Made by a program: the position numbers and the translations under genes. DNA of 63,520 nt, counting the filler, from Octopus bimaculoides (taxonomy: Eukaryota): the NCBI RefSeq assembly GCF_001194135.2. It is 6 parts of 4 records of this genome, joined end to end, with 100 filler letters (N's around TTAATTAATTAA, not from the genome) between each part and the next. Parts side by side here need not be neighbours in the genome. Positions count along the whole stretch, not along the records: positions 39,683 to 62,104 come from NC_068981.1; positions 62,205 to 63,520 come from NC_068997.1; 4 more parts are not named here. One strand, given 5' to 3'. The notes beneath the pieces are model-generated. The model was given only the letters and a program-made list of their open reading frames with translations. It was not told the DNA's origin and did no database searches. This document shows positions 52,354 through 63,520 of the stretch, one piece after another (position 1 is the first letter of the stretch; each line of letters starts with the position of its first letter).

Positions 52354-53001
52354 CACATGTGTGTTTGTATGTGTGTGCGTGTGTTCGTGTGTGTGTATTA
52401 CATATGTCTGCATATAAGCCGTACAGAAAACCGGAAACACATAATGGACTTGGACACACTCAATATCACATGAATTATCGACTGAAAGTCACACTTACAT
52501 GAAAGACAAGCAGGAACAAGAAACAACAGTGAAAGAACGAAAAATACGTAGCCCTTGACTGAATGGTATATAAAATATATTATGAGAAGATCGGGAAAAC
52601 ATATAAACAGAAAAGCAATGGCGGAAATGAAAAAGTAAAATCATAATACCTGACCAAGGTTTTTGTATACATATAAAACATTTCAGTTATACTACAGAAT
52701 TGAGACGGGGCATGTTCGAAATTAATTCTAAAACGAAAGAAATGTGACCCTTTAGGACTTTAAAAAATATATGCAGAAAAACAGAATATAGGAATTCAAG
52801 AGTAAGTAACTGGACAAAACAAGACAAACTTGACAAAATAAGAAGAGAGAAAAAAACAAAACCAAAGCAAAACAAAACGGTAAGACAAAGAAAACGTAAG
52901 TGCCAAGAATGACATATAATTGTTAAACAGGTCAGTCCCCTAATGCCTTTGGGGAAAGAGGGTGAAGAAAAGTGTAATAGTGGATGGAAGGAAATACAGA
53001 A

Positions 53002-53046
<45 letters not shown>

Positions 53047-53799
53047 CCACATAGAAAAAGAATAGTAATAAGAGAATAGAATGTTAAGGATAATAAGATA
53101 CGAAGTAGGAGGGAGAATAGAAAGAAAAAACAAGCGGAAGTTAAAAGGACTGGTTAAAAGCAGCAATCTGATTCAAATAATTTAAGCCTATGCGTCATTA
53201 AACGCCAGATCAACTGCGGTATTATAGGCTTATAATTCTAAAAACACAGAGAGGCATCAGGTATAGGGAAAAATCATCCAGCATAGAGATGTTGCTAAAT
53301 ATGTGGTTTTGCTACTTCGGATTTCGTCAATAGTAAGTATCCACTAGCATCCGTCGAAATCAGTCGAAACTGGTTTAGTAAAACAGTAATTTAAAAATTT
53401 ACTGATGACGGAATTATCCGGCAAAATGTAAAAGAGATCCTTTATGAGCTAACGAAACTCAGCTAATTGTGGCATCCGTGATTTTTCAAAACACAGATTG
53501 CATTCATTAGAATAAAGATACTTATCTGTCGTTTTAGAGGATGTGTCGAAATATATATTTTATCGTTACTTAAACATTTTACTACACGCAATTGAGCGTG
53601 TCAATTTATCTTACTGTGATAGTATGTCTACTTTTAGTACAATATTTTAGAATACACATTTTATATTCATGTTCTATCTGATTATTCGGATGGTAATAAT
53701 ACAAACATGAAATTTTACCATACATTTTATTAAATTGCATTATTAATATTATTTAGTTGTTAATGAAATCTTATATGTAATTGAAAAATATCAGTTAGC

Positions 53800-54190
53800 C
53801 AATTAGTTAGTTAGTTAGGTAGGTAGGTAGGTAGTTACTAACTTCTCACATAAGGCCGTAACACGATCTCTCCAACATGCTCTGTTTTCTGCTATAGTTC
53901 TGGTATCATTCCAGCGTTTCTACCCTTCTTGTCTCTTTTCCTAGTCAATGGTCGTTTGCTGTGTGGATTTACGTCGCTCTCAGGCTAAAATCCTAGTGCT
54001 ACCATACAATCGCCTTCTCGATCTTGTCTGAAGACGTGTCTCATCTAGTTTCAGCGCCTGCATCTTATCTGTTCACTGCTCCTGTTATGACCGTTATAGT
54101 CTCAATTGTCTTTTCAGACACGTTGCAGCTACTTGATGTCGTGTATTCGATTTAAGCGTGTGAACTGGAAGTTGTTCACCTTTTTTCTAC
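53800..54190 (-). mobile_element. RTE-like LINE 3' end (degenerate)
   Basis: The minus strand gives a degenerate GHVFRQD...ALGF.P..RKR segment resembling the RTE C-terminus, ending in (ACTA/CCTA)n. Confidence 0.5.
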
Positions 54191-55622
54191 CATTTTTGTC
54201 ACTTTCCGGTTTTCAAATGAGTAATACAGTTATGCAGGGGTTCCGTGAAAAAGTGGGGCTGAGGAGATGGTGCACTAACATGCACGTCTAGGTGGTGGCG
54301 CATGGTGGGACTACAACAAGCATGTGGGTATCTGCGAAATGCCCTGGTGAGTTTATTACGGGACCAGTTGGCAAATAAGAAAACCGTGGATCATATGTTG
54401 ACAGGCTCATTAGATAGATAGATAGACAAAGTTAGATAAGGCTTGTTTATGGGATTACTCTGGGTTTCACGTCCGTAAAGCACTCAGCCCTACAGCGTAT
54501 AGTCAGATCATAAACCTGTTGCTTTATGGCCTGTCTAGCAAGTGGCCTCTCTAGAAAATGGTGGACGAAATGACTTCCTTTCTCTGTCAACCACAGGGGA
54601 TTGTTTCTCTTTGACTGTCAATCGTAAATGACCTCATGTTGGACACACGCTCACACACACACACACACATACATACATATAATTATAATTAAGGGCATAG
54701 AAAACTTTCAAGCCTATAAGTTGCAAATAGAGGCTAAATCACCCAAATATTAAAATATCACAAATTTCACACACATCGGAATCGTAGGAGTAAGCTAACG
54801 GAAATTCATAACAATATAGATAACTCTGGATTAATCAACTTCTGGATTTGCTTAATGGCTTTTCCACGTCAGCAGAGCCCACTTAGAAGAAATAAACGAG
54901 ATATTTATATGTACCCACCAGAAAGCAAACGTAAAACCACGACGACATATAAATACCACAGATACCTCCAGCATCGGATATCGTAGCTTACCTCAGCACG
55001 TATGCATTCGGTCAAAAGTAGCCCATAAAGTGGTTGAGCGATTTAGCGTGTATCTTGAGCATATAAGCTAGCATTTTATCTACGCACTTCATTATATTTA
55101 TATATATGATTTCACCTCAGTAGGTCTAATTGTATATGCTTGCCACTGATAAAATTATTAACGATTATATCCTTTATTATTGTAACATATGTATAAATAT
55201 ATACACAAACAAATTAATAATAACAAACGATGGAAAGTTTTCAGCTCGTTAAAGCTGTTTCATACCCATGTTTTAAAAAGAATGAGAAAATTATTCCATT
55301 ACAAAAATCCGTAATCATGAGATGAAATGTAATTTTACAAAGAAAAGAATATCCCAAGAATACAGCAGGAACGTAGCTGAAGTCTGTCGAGGTCAACTAT
55401 GTCGGACACCCAATTGTATGCCAACAACGTATAATTCAACGTAACGCGTGCTTTGGAAAGCCCCAAGTCGTTAAATACTCATCGGGTTGTTTTTTTCTGA
55501 GTACACAAAAATGGAATATTCTACTTCATACTTACCAACCATAAGCTGGAACCACAGATTTCTCCAACCACAGCAGTTGCATATCTATTCAAGTACCTGG
55601 TTCTATTTGAATCCTTATTTTA

Positions 55623-55664
<42 letters not shown>

Positions 55665-55729
55665 TATACATGGCTATAGAGAATACAGCTAAATAATATA
55701 TTATAATAAACTTTTGTACTATATGTACA

Positions 55730-56100
55730 AATCCTGTAATTTGTGAGGAGGGGTAAATCGAACATATCGACACCAGTACTTGGCTGGTACAATTCCAAAA
55801 GCATGAAAAGCAAAGTCGACCTTGGCAGGATTTGAACACAGAATGTAAATACAGACGAAATGCTGCTAAGTATTTTGCCCGACTTGCTGACTATTCGGCC
55901 AGCTCGCGGCGGAGTATATTGTAATAATCTTTTCTATTCTCTGCAGAAGGCCCGAAATATTTGGTACTTAATTTGTCGACTCTGAAAGGATAAGCGACAA
56001 AGTCGACCTTAGCGGAATTTGAACTCAGAGCATAAAGACATGCGAAATAACGCTAAAGATTTCGTTCAGTGTGCTAACGTTTCAGCTAGCTCGCCGCGTA
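55730..56100 (-). mobile_element. Two tandem SINE family A copies
   Basis: Cores aaagtcgacctt at ~55812 and ~55999, each followed by a gccagctcgc-like head. Confidence 0.8.
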
Positions 56101-56429
56101 GTATATTGTAAAAATAGTTAGGGCTTTATATACATAGATATATATTAATATATATAGGAATAGACTTTGTGTATATCTGAAGAGAATATAGGTAAAACAA
56201 AGTATTGCAATGTTGATTTAAGTGTTATTTATTTGCATGTTTCGGTAGAAACTATATATTCATATGAAATGTGCATGTACAAATATCCAGCACGGAAAGA
56301 TTTTCTTCTCATGTGTAATTCTTTCTACGCATCATATTTGTTCTACTGAAATAAATTTGTTTGACATTAGAAACCACAATAAAGAAGCAGTTGTGCAGAG
56401 TCGTACATTGACACACGGATGGCAAATAT

Positions 56430-56640
56430 ATTGGTTTCAAATTTTGGCACAAGGACAGCAAGTAAAGGGGAGGGGCTAAATTGATTACATCAACCCTACT
56501 GCTTAACTGGTACACATTTTATTGAATCCAATAGGATGAAAGGCAAAGTAGACATTTCAAATTATAACGTAAAGACGGAAGAAATGCTGCTAAGCAGTTG
56601 ATCCGGCGTGGGAGCGATTCTATCAACTCGCCGCCTTATA
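56430..56640 (-). mobile_element. SINE family A
   Basis: ttcaaattttggcacaagg...ggatgaaaggcaaagtagac...ctcgccgcc. Confidence 0.75.
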
Positions 56641-57792
56641 AAAGTCAAGTATATTATGATACGTAGTTTGATAAATTTTGGGAGCATATTTTCTTTGGAA
56701 AAATAAGAACACTTTCAGTGCGTACAATTTGTGGTTATAGTGTGCTCAGATGGGAAGAATCAAAGCATAACTACATTTTACACAAATCACTTCGATGTTC
56801 ATTTACAAAGGCTTCTAGCAAAGTCTGTATATAATACAATTATTTTTAGGCATAAACTGTTTGTATTTTCTACCAGATAGTAACATTATAATTTCACTTT
56901 TCAATAGTTACTTTTTTCTCCTTATTTCAGTCTCTTTATCATCTTTGTCATTCAATTATTTATTCTTATTTTTTTTATATAAAAACATCATTCTTCTAAC
57001 ATTTGCTATATTTTTAATTTACATTTCGTTTTAAAACTCATTCATATACACTAAGTAATGCTGTTTTATTTTCTTCGTCTCCAATTCAAAATTTCACTTC
57101 TCAGAACGGAAAAGATTTTTATTTTTACATCACGTAAATTACTTTGTCTTTATGATTGATTTTTCTTTCTCTTATTATTTTTCTTTATTACTTCCGCTAC
57201 ACATCATGAATTTAATAGTTGCTACAGCATTTTCTTTCTCCGAGCTCTTGTCCTCTTCTAAACAATGATGTTTACAATTATTCGGATTGCAATGGCTTGA
57301 CACTATTATTGGGATCAATTTTCCGTTGGTTGAAACGGAATATCGCACCGCTGCAATTCCTTAATATATTTTTCTGACTTACACCTCATTTCTTAATTGT
57401 AGAAATATTCTTTTAAATCACTTTTACTATGATGGGAAATATTGATTGTGTTCTGCACCACCAATCTTAGGAATACTAAATCAAGCAGTAAGTGGTTGTA
57501 ATTTATGAAAATAGGTTAGAATACAATTTCATTAAGCTGACTTCGATTAGATAATAGAATAACAAGCATGCTACAGAGGTGAACATAACAAGTAGCCCGA
57601 TAGAAATGTAAAAATATAATATAAGAATACACATGGCTACTAAGATAAACATATCTATCTCCCCCAATTCTCCCCGCTTCCATTTCCATTTCTTCTCTTT
57701 CATTCTCTCTCTTCAAATACATATGTGTGTTTGTGTCTGTCTGTTTGTAAATATGCATGTGTGTGTATGTGCATATATGCATATGTATATAC

Positions 57793-57833
<41 letters not shown>

Positions 57834-58029
57834 NNNNNNNNNNNNNNNNNNNNNNNNNNNNNNNNNNNNNNNNNNNNNNNNNNNNNNNNNNNNNNNNNNN
57901 NNNNNNNNNNNNNNNNNNNNNNNNNNNNNNNNNNNNNNNNNNNNNNNNNNNNNNNNNNNATATATATACTCATGTTATATGAAACCATATGGATTCTGTT
58001 AATATGGATCCACATATGCATGCGTACAT

Positions 58030-58325
58030 ATAAAGCCTAGCCAGGCTCATGGGCCCGGTTTCCCTGTTTCTATGGCGCATATGTTCCCCCCAGCTGGACG
58101 GGACGCCAGTCCATCGGACCGTTACTCAAGTAACAGGAAGACCGAGTGAGAGAAAGTTGGGCCGAAAGAAGTACAACAGGGGTCGCCACCACTCCCTGCC
58201 CGATCCTCGAGGAGCTTTAGGTGGTTTCGCTCAATAAACACACACTACGCCCGGTCTGGGAATCGAAGTCGCGATCCTCCGACTGCGAGTCCACTGCCCT
58301 AACCACTGGGACATTGCACCTCCAC
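58030..58325 (-). mobile_element. tRNA-derived SINE family C with intact head
   Basis: Minus strand gtggaggtgcaatgtcccagtggttagggcagtggactcgcagtcggaggatcgcgacttcgattcccagaccgg shows A-box and B-box pol III motifs. Confidence 0.8.
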
Positions 58326-58345
58326 TTACATGCATGCATACATAC

Positions 58346-58382
<37 letters not shown>

Positions 58383-58788
58383 TGCATGTATGCATGCATA
58401 TGTGGATCCACATTAACAGAATCCTTATGGTTTCATATAGCATCAGTGTTCATCATGAATCTCTGCAGTATGAGTTCAAATTCCACTTTGGTCAACTCCA
58501 CTTTTTCACCCTTCTAAGCTCGATAAGATTGCACTAGAGGAGAGTATCCAGATGGAGATTGCAAAAATATGAATTANNNNNNNNNNNNNNNNNNNNNNNN
58601 NNNNNNNNNNNNNNNNNNNNNNNNNNNNNNNNNNNNNNNNNNNNNNNNNNNNNNNNNNNNNNNNNNNNNNNNNNNNNNNNNNNNNNNNNNNNNNNNNNNN
58701 NNNNNNNNNNNNNNNNNNNNNNNNNNNNNNNNNNNNNNNNNNNNNNNNNNNNNNNNNNNNNNNNNNNNNNNNNNNNNNNNNNNNNNNN

Positions 58789-58839
<51 letters not shown>

Positions 58840-58989
58840 GTAGATAAATAGTCATATTCACCATGCATATAACTAATTTTGCATACATACAAATATACAA
58901 CATATTATGTAGCTCATTAAAAATTAACCGTTGAGATTTCAATTTTTCATCTCTCTAAGAAATAATCAAATAGTAAGTAAACGTGAGAA

Positions 58990-59260
58990 AATCACATTTT
59001 ATCGACCCTGGAAGGCAAAGTCGACCTCGATGATATTTCAACTCAATCAGAACGTAAATATTGATGAAATGCCGTTCAGACCTTTGCACCACGCTGGGCG
59101 AAATGTTTAGCGGTGTTTCGTCTGCAGCTACATTCTGAGTTCAAATTCCGCGGAGTTCGACTTTACATTACAACCTTTCGCATAACTAAGTACCAGTTAT
59201 GCACTGGAGTTATGCACTTACAGCCTTCCTTAAAATTGCTGGCCCTGTGTCAAAAATTGA
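58990..59260. mobile_element. Two SINE family A fragments, head to head
   Basis: Minus core ttttatcgaccctggaaggcaaagtcgacctcg, then plus-strand gcgaaatgtttagcggtg...ttctgagttcaaattccgcgg. Confidence 0.65.
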
Positions 59261-62042
59261 AATTGATATCAAGATATTTAGAAAATTCGTCGGAAAATTC
59301 TATTGAAACAAAAAATGTTTTAAAATTCAATAAAATTCTTATATGGTTTCTTTGTCCAAAATATGCTGCTTTAAAAGTGTATCTTTGTTATGCTGGTCAT
59401 TTGACACCTCCCTGCCTCTCGATATGATACAAGCATGGTAACCTTATACGAGATAACACAGTTAAAATTATGCCATGTACCTTGAACTGCGCTGTTTAGT
59501 TTACTGTTACATTATTTCATGCAATGACGAAATAAATTTTTAAAAACATAGTGACAAGATATAATTAAATTTGTTAGAAATGATTAAATCAATACTCATT
59601 CCCGCCAAAATCTAATTGACAAATTATCCAGATAATTAATGGAAATATCCTTTGCAAAACAGAGTTAGTGTAGGTTGACATATTATTTGACGCATAACTG
59701 GACAAAATAACATAACTGTTTAAATTATTCAATTATTATTCTCACTTCTTTCGCAATTACTCATTCTTTTCTAACTCTGTCTAGACTATCTGAATATACA
59801 TCCAATTGATAGCTTTTGATTCTCAAGCACATAAACGTTTCCACACTTTGATTTCAAGTTGGTTTACTAAGTCTAATGACTGATATCTTTTCAAGCTCAC
59901 AATATTGTCCGACTGGAAGTACAGATATCACTATAATCTGTTTGGATTACATTTTGCTTATTTATGGAAGGAAAAATTGACTATTACAATTTTTTTGTTT
60001 AGAAAATTGTGCGAAGTTTAGTATCATAAATTAGTGAATTCTTCATTACAAGATCTAAAACTACAATCTGCAAATTCTTTGAAGTCAAACACAGTATATA
60101 ACCATTGGTATATATTATCGTAAAGAGAACCGCTAAATGAAAAACATATATACTATTTTATGATATTTTTATATTTTTTAAAAAGAACAATAGGTATATC
60201 TTTTGCTACGCTTTTGTCGAAGTATAACTTTCAATTTGTTACTAAATGTTCTTTTCATGTCCCAAATGTTGTTTTCATGCCATCTAGTTTTGAGTCACGA
60301 ACATATCGCATTCATTCTTTTACCAAATTCTGCGGGAACCTTCCCATCATCCATGCAATAAGATACCCCATACTGCTGAAACATGCGTCAATAGTTTTTG
60401 TAGCCAAACCATCACAAACATATCAGCTTTCTGTTGCAATTTGTAATACTTTATTTCATTAAATTCTTGCGAAGTGCAAAGAAGCAGGAACAGCGGATAT
60501 CTTTGATATGTACCATGTATTTTTCTCTCATATGCTTGCTATTTAATTATTTATTAAATAGGTAAACAATTGAAATCACAATGTTCAATTTTTAATGTGC
60601 TATATTCTATCATGTATATAAGGAACACTGGGGTCGATTAAAGGTCTCTTCTAGAGGCCGTATGATCAGAATTTTCAACAATCTAAGTATGTCACGAGGT
60701 TTCCAGACATGTGTTATACTCATGTGTCAAGTGTCATCAAAATCAATAAAACGATGTAGGAGGAGTCAGCTAACAACTCCACAAACAAACACAAGCCGAT
60801 TTTCCACATATTTAGTATATATATATATATATATATATATATATNNNNNNNNNNNNNNNNNNNNNNNNNNNNNNNNNNNNNNNNNNNNNNNNNNNNNNNN
60901 NNNNNNNNNNNNNNNNNNNNNNNNNNNNNNNNNNNNNNNNNNNNNNNNNNNNNNNNNNNNNNNNNNNNNNNNNNNNNNNNNNNNNNNNNNNNNNNNNNNN
61001 NNNNNNNNGCGCGTGTGTGTGTATAAGAGAGCATATATATGTCTGTGTGTGTGTGTGTAAGTGTGTGTGTGTGTGTGTGTAAGTGTGTGTGTGCGCGGGA
61101 GACTGAACTAAAAACAACCTAATTCCACCATAATATAAATAGAAGTGTCATAGACGCCAGTAGTGGAAATCGTACCAGTGACGTTAGAAAAGCCAGAATG
61201 AGAGAAGACGTGTGTGAGCTACATTTTGTAGTGTGTTGGCCAGGAACCTATTGCCCGTCAATGAAATAGTACTTTTAGTACGCGCCCCAGATATACTAGC
61301 TCTGGTATATCATTGTGGACTTCACTGCTCTTTGCAGAGCGTTAGCTGTTGCTGTGTTCAAAATATTTTCTTGTTCTGAAGAGGAAAAGCATTCAATATG
61401 ATATATTCATAACTAAGCTGATGATGTTGTCATGGAACATAGTCTTTGAAGCATTCATAACGTATCTCTGTGGAGAAACGTTATGAATACAGGAGAATAG
61501 AAATGTTTAGAGTTGCGGAGAGATTCTTTTAAATCCAAATTCGATCTGTCTGATCGAGGTTCATCAGAGGTTAATTTAAAAAGCAATTTTAAAAAATAAT
61601 TAGTGGTTGCTTCGTTCAGAATATCAGAGGGTGTGATTTTGTTAAACATCATTTCATGATTTACGTATCATCATACTTCACCTTACATACGGTGTTGTTT
61701 AGGGTTGAGATAATAGTCAAACGATGAAGAATGTGTAGTGTGTAGTTTACAATTGCTAGAGTTGGTAAGACAAGGTATATAGTAGAAGAAAGTGTTGCAA
61801 CTTCGTTCCTATTCATGTGATTTATAATGATGAATGTTCACAGCACGTAACCATTTTCATTCAGACACGTGTAATTAAATATATGTATCCACTCACACAC
61901 ACGCACACACACACGAACACACACACACACACACACACAAACACACACCACACACACACATATCTGCATATAAGTATAAATATGTAATTATATATGCATT
62001 CAAATGCACACATAAACGCACACACATACACACACGAATACA

Positions 62043-62104
<62 letters not shown>

Positions 62105-62204
62105 NNNNNNNNNNNNNNNNNNNNNNNNNNNNNNNNNNNNNNNNNNNNTTAATTAATTAANNNNNNNNNNNNNNNNNNNNNNNNNNNNNNNNNNNNNNNN
62201 NNNN
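62105..62204. other. Artificial scaffold spacer
   Basis: 44 N + TTAATTAATTAA (62149-62160) + 44 N. Confidence 0.95.
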
Positions 62205-62238
62205 TATATATATATTTATATATGTGTGTGTGTATACA

Positions 62239-62272
<34 letters not shown>

Positions 62273-63520
62273 CAGACGTATGTACACATGTACATACATT
62301 TTATTATTTGTATACATTAGATGCACCGGAAAGTAATGTCGCATTGCATTTAATGAGATCAAATCAGCATGAAAGATATAGAAAATATACTTATTCATTC
62401 TAGCAATAACTTTTCCCCATATCGAAACCTCTTTTCTAAATTCCTTGGGCAAATAATCGAGTTCTTTAGAGCAGAAAGCTGTTTGGTATGTCATTTCATC
62501 CTAGTACCCATTTTTGATTTTTTTTCTTTTCGATGGTAACGTTTTCTAGAGACCCGAATTATTGAAAATCATCCGGTGCCATGTTTGGTGAGTAGGAAGA
62601 GATGAGTTATACTTCTTAGGTTAATAAATGTATATTTTCTTGTTGGAAATTGCACGACGCACCGGCTTTATCATAAAGTGACAGCTTAGGAGCTTTCCAC
62701 TTCTTCCTTCATACACTTAACCAATCTGCTTGAGATGATCTTGCAAAGTTGATCAAGGTTTATTAAGCAACCAAGCTAAATACAACTGTCTGCAGAGATA
62801 AATCAAATAAATGTGGAAATTAAATTAAAACTTTGAAAATAGAGAAAGATATCTTTTTTCGTTATTTTACAAAGAACGAAAAGACAAAACAAAACTTTTC
62901 AGCATGGCTCTGCTCTTTTGTATAGAATAAGGAAAACTGAAAGGGAAAAAAGGGGATGTTACGTAAATACATCTAGCCAAAATGTCAATGAAATGAACTG
63001 AAATTCGTCATATATGGATGATCGTTTCAAGATATTAGCCACAAGAATTACAGACTGAAATGCATGTAGATGAGCCACGATGCTCATCTACAAATACAGT
63101 TGGAGTAGAAATCTCGTGTATTTCACACAACAGTGTATAGACTAGAGGAAAGTTTATCATGAAATGGAAATCTTACAAGTGAAAATCTATATGGTACTTC
63201 TTCAGAATCACTCTGTGAAATCTCTTGGTAAATCTAACTTTTTATCTGATTTGAAATGAACTGTGAAATGTACCAATCGTTACAAATATTTCTCAAATAT
63301 TTTTCAAATGCTTTTTGTATTGAATATACATTTTTTTTTTTTTTTGCATCTACGAATAAAAAAAAAAGTATTAATCTTTTATGCACTCTTATCTGCTTTT
63401 AGAAAATCTTCCAAATATTTTTTATCCATTTTAGTCCACTTTAACAAATATTTTCAAAAATTAGAATATACATACACACACACACACACACACAGACACA
63501 CACACACACACACACACACA

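Noticed and set aside
58250-58325. tRNA gene (also the heads at 3420-3495 and 10785-10850)
   Set aside because: A/B boxes are present but continue into SINE bodies, and no complete cloverleaf is supportable.
60100-63200. Possible hAT/Charlie transposase remnants
   Set aside because: Only faint, frameshifted resemblance that I could not anchor to a diagnostic motif.

Overview
Repeat-dense, AT-rich animal genomic DNA from a draft scaffold. It is very likely a coleoid cephalopod, probably Octopus, judged from the Pax6 sequence and the SINE families recalled from octopus; no search was run. The only host gene I can support is the 5' half of Pax6 on the + strand. It has a paired-box exon (25767-26113), a linker exon with the Pax6-specific [11 protein letters not shown] motif (27981-28197), and a plausible short first coding exon (20732-20771, MAYVSNKQNREPK). 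I could not find the homeobox exons in the remaining ~35 kb. The rest is microsatellite, N gaps, tRNA-derived SINEs, CR1/L2-group, R4/Dong-like, HERO-like and RTE-like non-LTR fragments, mariner/pogo remnants and MITE-like inverted repeats. Five artificial 100-bp spacers (44 N + TTAATTAATTAA + 44 N) mark joins of unknown size, so long-range adjacency is uncertain. Almost all ORFs in the supplied track are microsatellite or N artefacts. I found no demonstrably new biological system. The best leads are four stacked inverted-repeat elements in the intron after the paired-box exon, an ATCGAT-rich array upstream of that exon, candidate recursive splice sites and a candidate cassette exon in the long downstream intron, a serial R4/Dong cluster in (TAA)n, and a minimal hammerhead ribozyme motif.
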